The notes beneath the pieces are model-generated. The model had not been told where the DNA came from, made no database searches, and worked only from the letters and a program-made list of their open reading frames with translations. Made by a program: the position numbers and the translations under genes. A DNA stretch of 63,454 nucleotides, counting the filler, from Bigelowiella natans CCMP2755 (lineage: Eukaryota > Protista > Cercozoa), in the NCBI GenBank assembly GCA_000320545.1. It is 8 parts of 8 records of this genome, joined end to end, with 100 filler letters (N's around TTAATTAATTAA, not from the genome) between each part and the next. Parts side by side here need not be neighbours in the genome. Positions count along the whole stretch, not along the records: positions 62,240 to 63,454 come from ADNK01003665.1; 7 more parts are not named here. The stretch is one strand, 5' to 3'. This document shows positions 62,991 to 63,454 of this stretch, piece by piece (positions within the stretch are counted from its first letter, which is position 1; each line of letters starts with the position of its first letter).

Positions 62991-63454
62991 TGCACAACAA
63001 CAACAGTTGCTGTTCTTAGAAATGACATACGTGTATGAATATTATATCCCCCGCCCCCCCCCCCTCCCCCCTCGCTCTCAACTCGCTCTATGTTTTTGCA
63101 TCATGGAACGCTGTTGTATATGTGCTGAAATAGGATGGACGGATTTCCTCACCATGCCATCGCGACCGCACAATTCTGATGAGCAATGCAAAGGGGAAAA
63201 TTGCATCCATAGTGGAGGATAACAAGGGGGGGGGGGGGAGGGGAATGAGAAAACGTATCGAATCATCATATTTATCATCTCATCCTCTGCCCTTAATTCT
63301 CCTCCATCTCTGCACTTATTGTCATCTGTGACATGTCCGTTGTATTGCTGTTGTTTGTGTGTTGCAAATGATCTATCACCCCCTGAGCAATAATCCCTAT
63401 GGGGATGGAGAAGCGAGGGTACCCCCCCGCTATCCCTCCGAAGAACTGCCCAGG

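Noticed and set aside
337-63278. Many short ORFs with poly-CV, YI, HT, RE, M, S or L tracts
   Set aside because: Translations of intronic microsatellites or antisense shadows of real exons.

Overview
Eukaryotic nuclear DNA from an intron-dense, microsatellite-rich protist genome. It uses the standard genetic code: reconstructed genes end in TAA, TAG and TGA. The gene style would fit a chlorarachniophyte or other rhizarian alga, but the taxon cannot be established from this window. The window is eight contigs joined by seven artificial 100-nt spacers (N44-TTAATTAATTAA-N44). Most of the ORF track is noise from intronic repeats, so I reconstructed genes by hand from GT/GC-AG exons. Genes found: a RalGAP-alpha/TSC2-type RapGAP protein, a divergent PX-like protein, a classical SDR, S-adenosylmethionine decarboxylase, an ankyrin protein, a polycystin-1-like REJ-GPS receptor, a paraoxonase-like lactonase, two duplicated box C/D snoRNA candidates, Ran, cyclophilin H, a class I sirtuin, a ~16-kb DEK1-like transmembrane calpain and an ABCA transporter. 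Main signals: (1) Three intergenic blocks (3.4-4.4, 6.1-6.7, 18.6-19.55 kb) have lost TpA except in CTA/TAG context. Three copies of one dispersed repeat carry TA, CA and TG at the same site. This points to a region-targeted TpA->TpG/CpA (A-to-G) hypermutation process, the reverse of fungal RIP. (2) A DEK1-like membrane calpain is split into dozens of tiny exons and is almost invisible in the ORF track. (3) A PKD1-like receptor has PDZ-like repeats where the channel half would be. (4) The sirtuin lacks the Cys4 zinc site. Family assignments rest on motif recognition from memory, not database searches. Exon boundaries and counts are manual.
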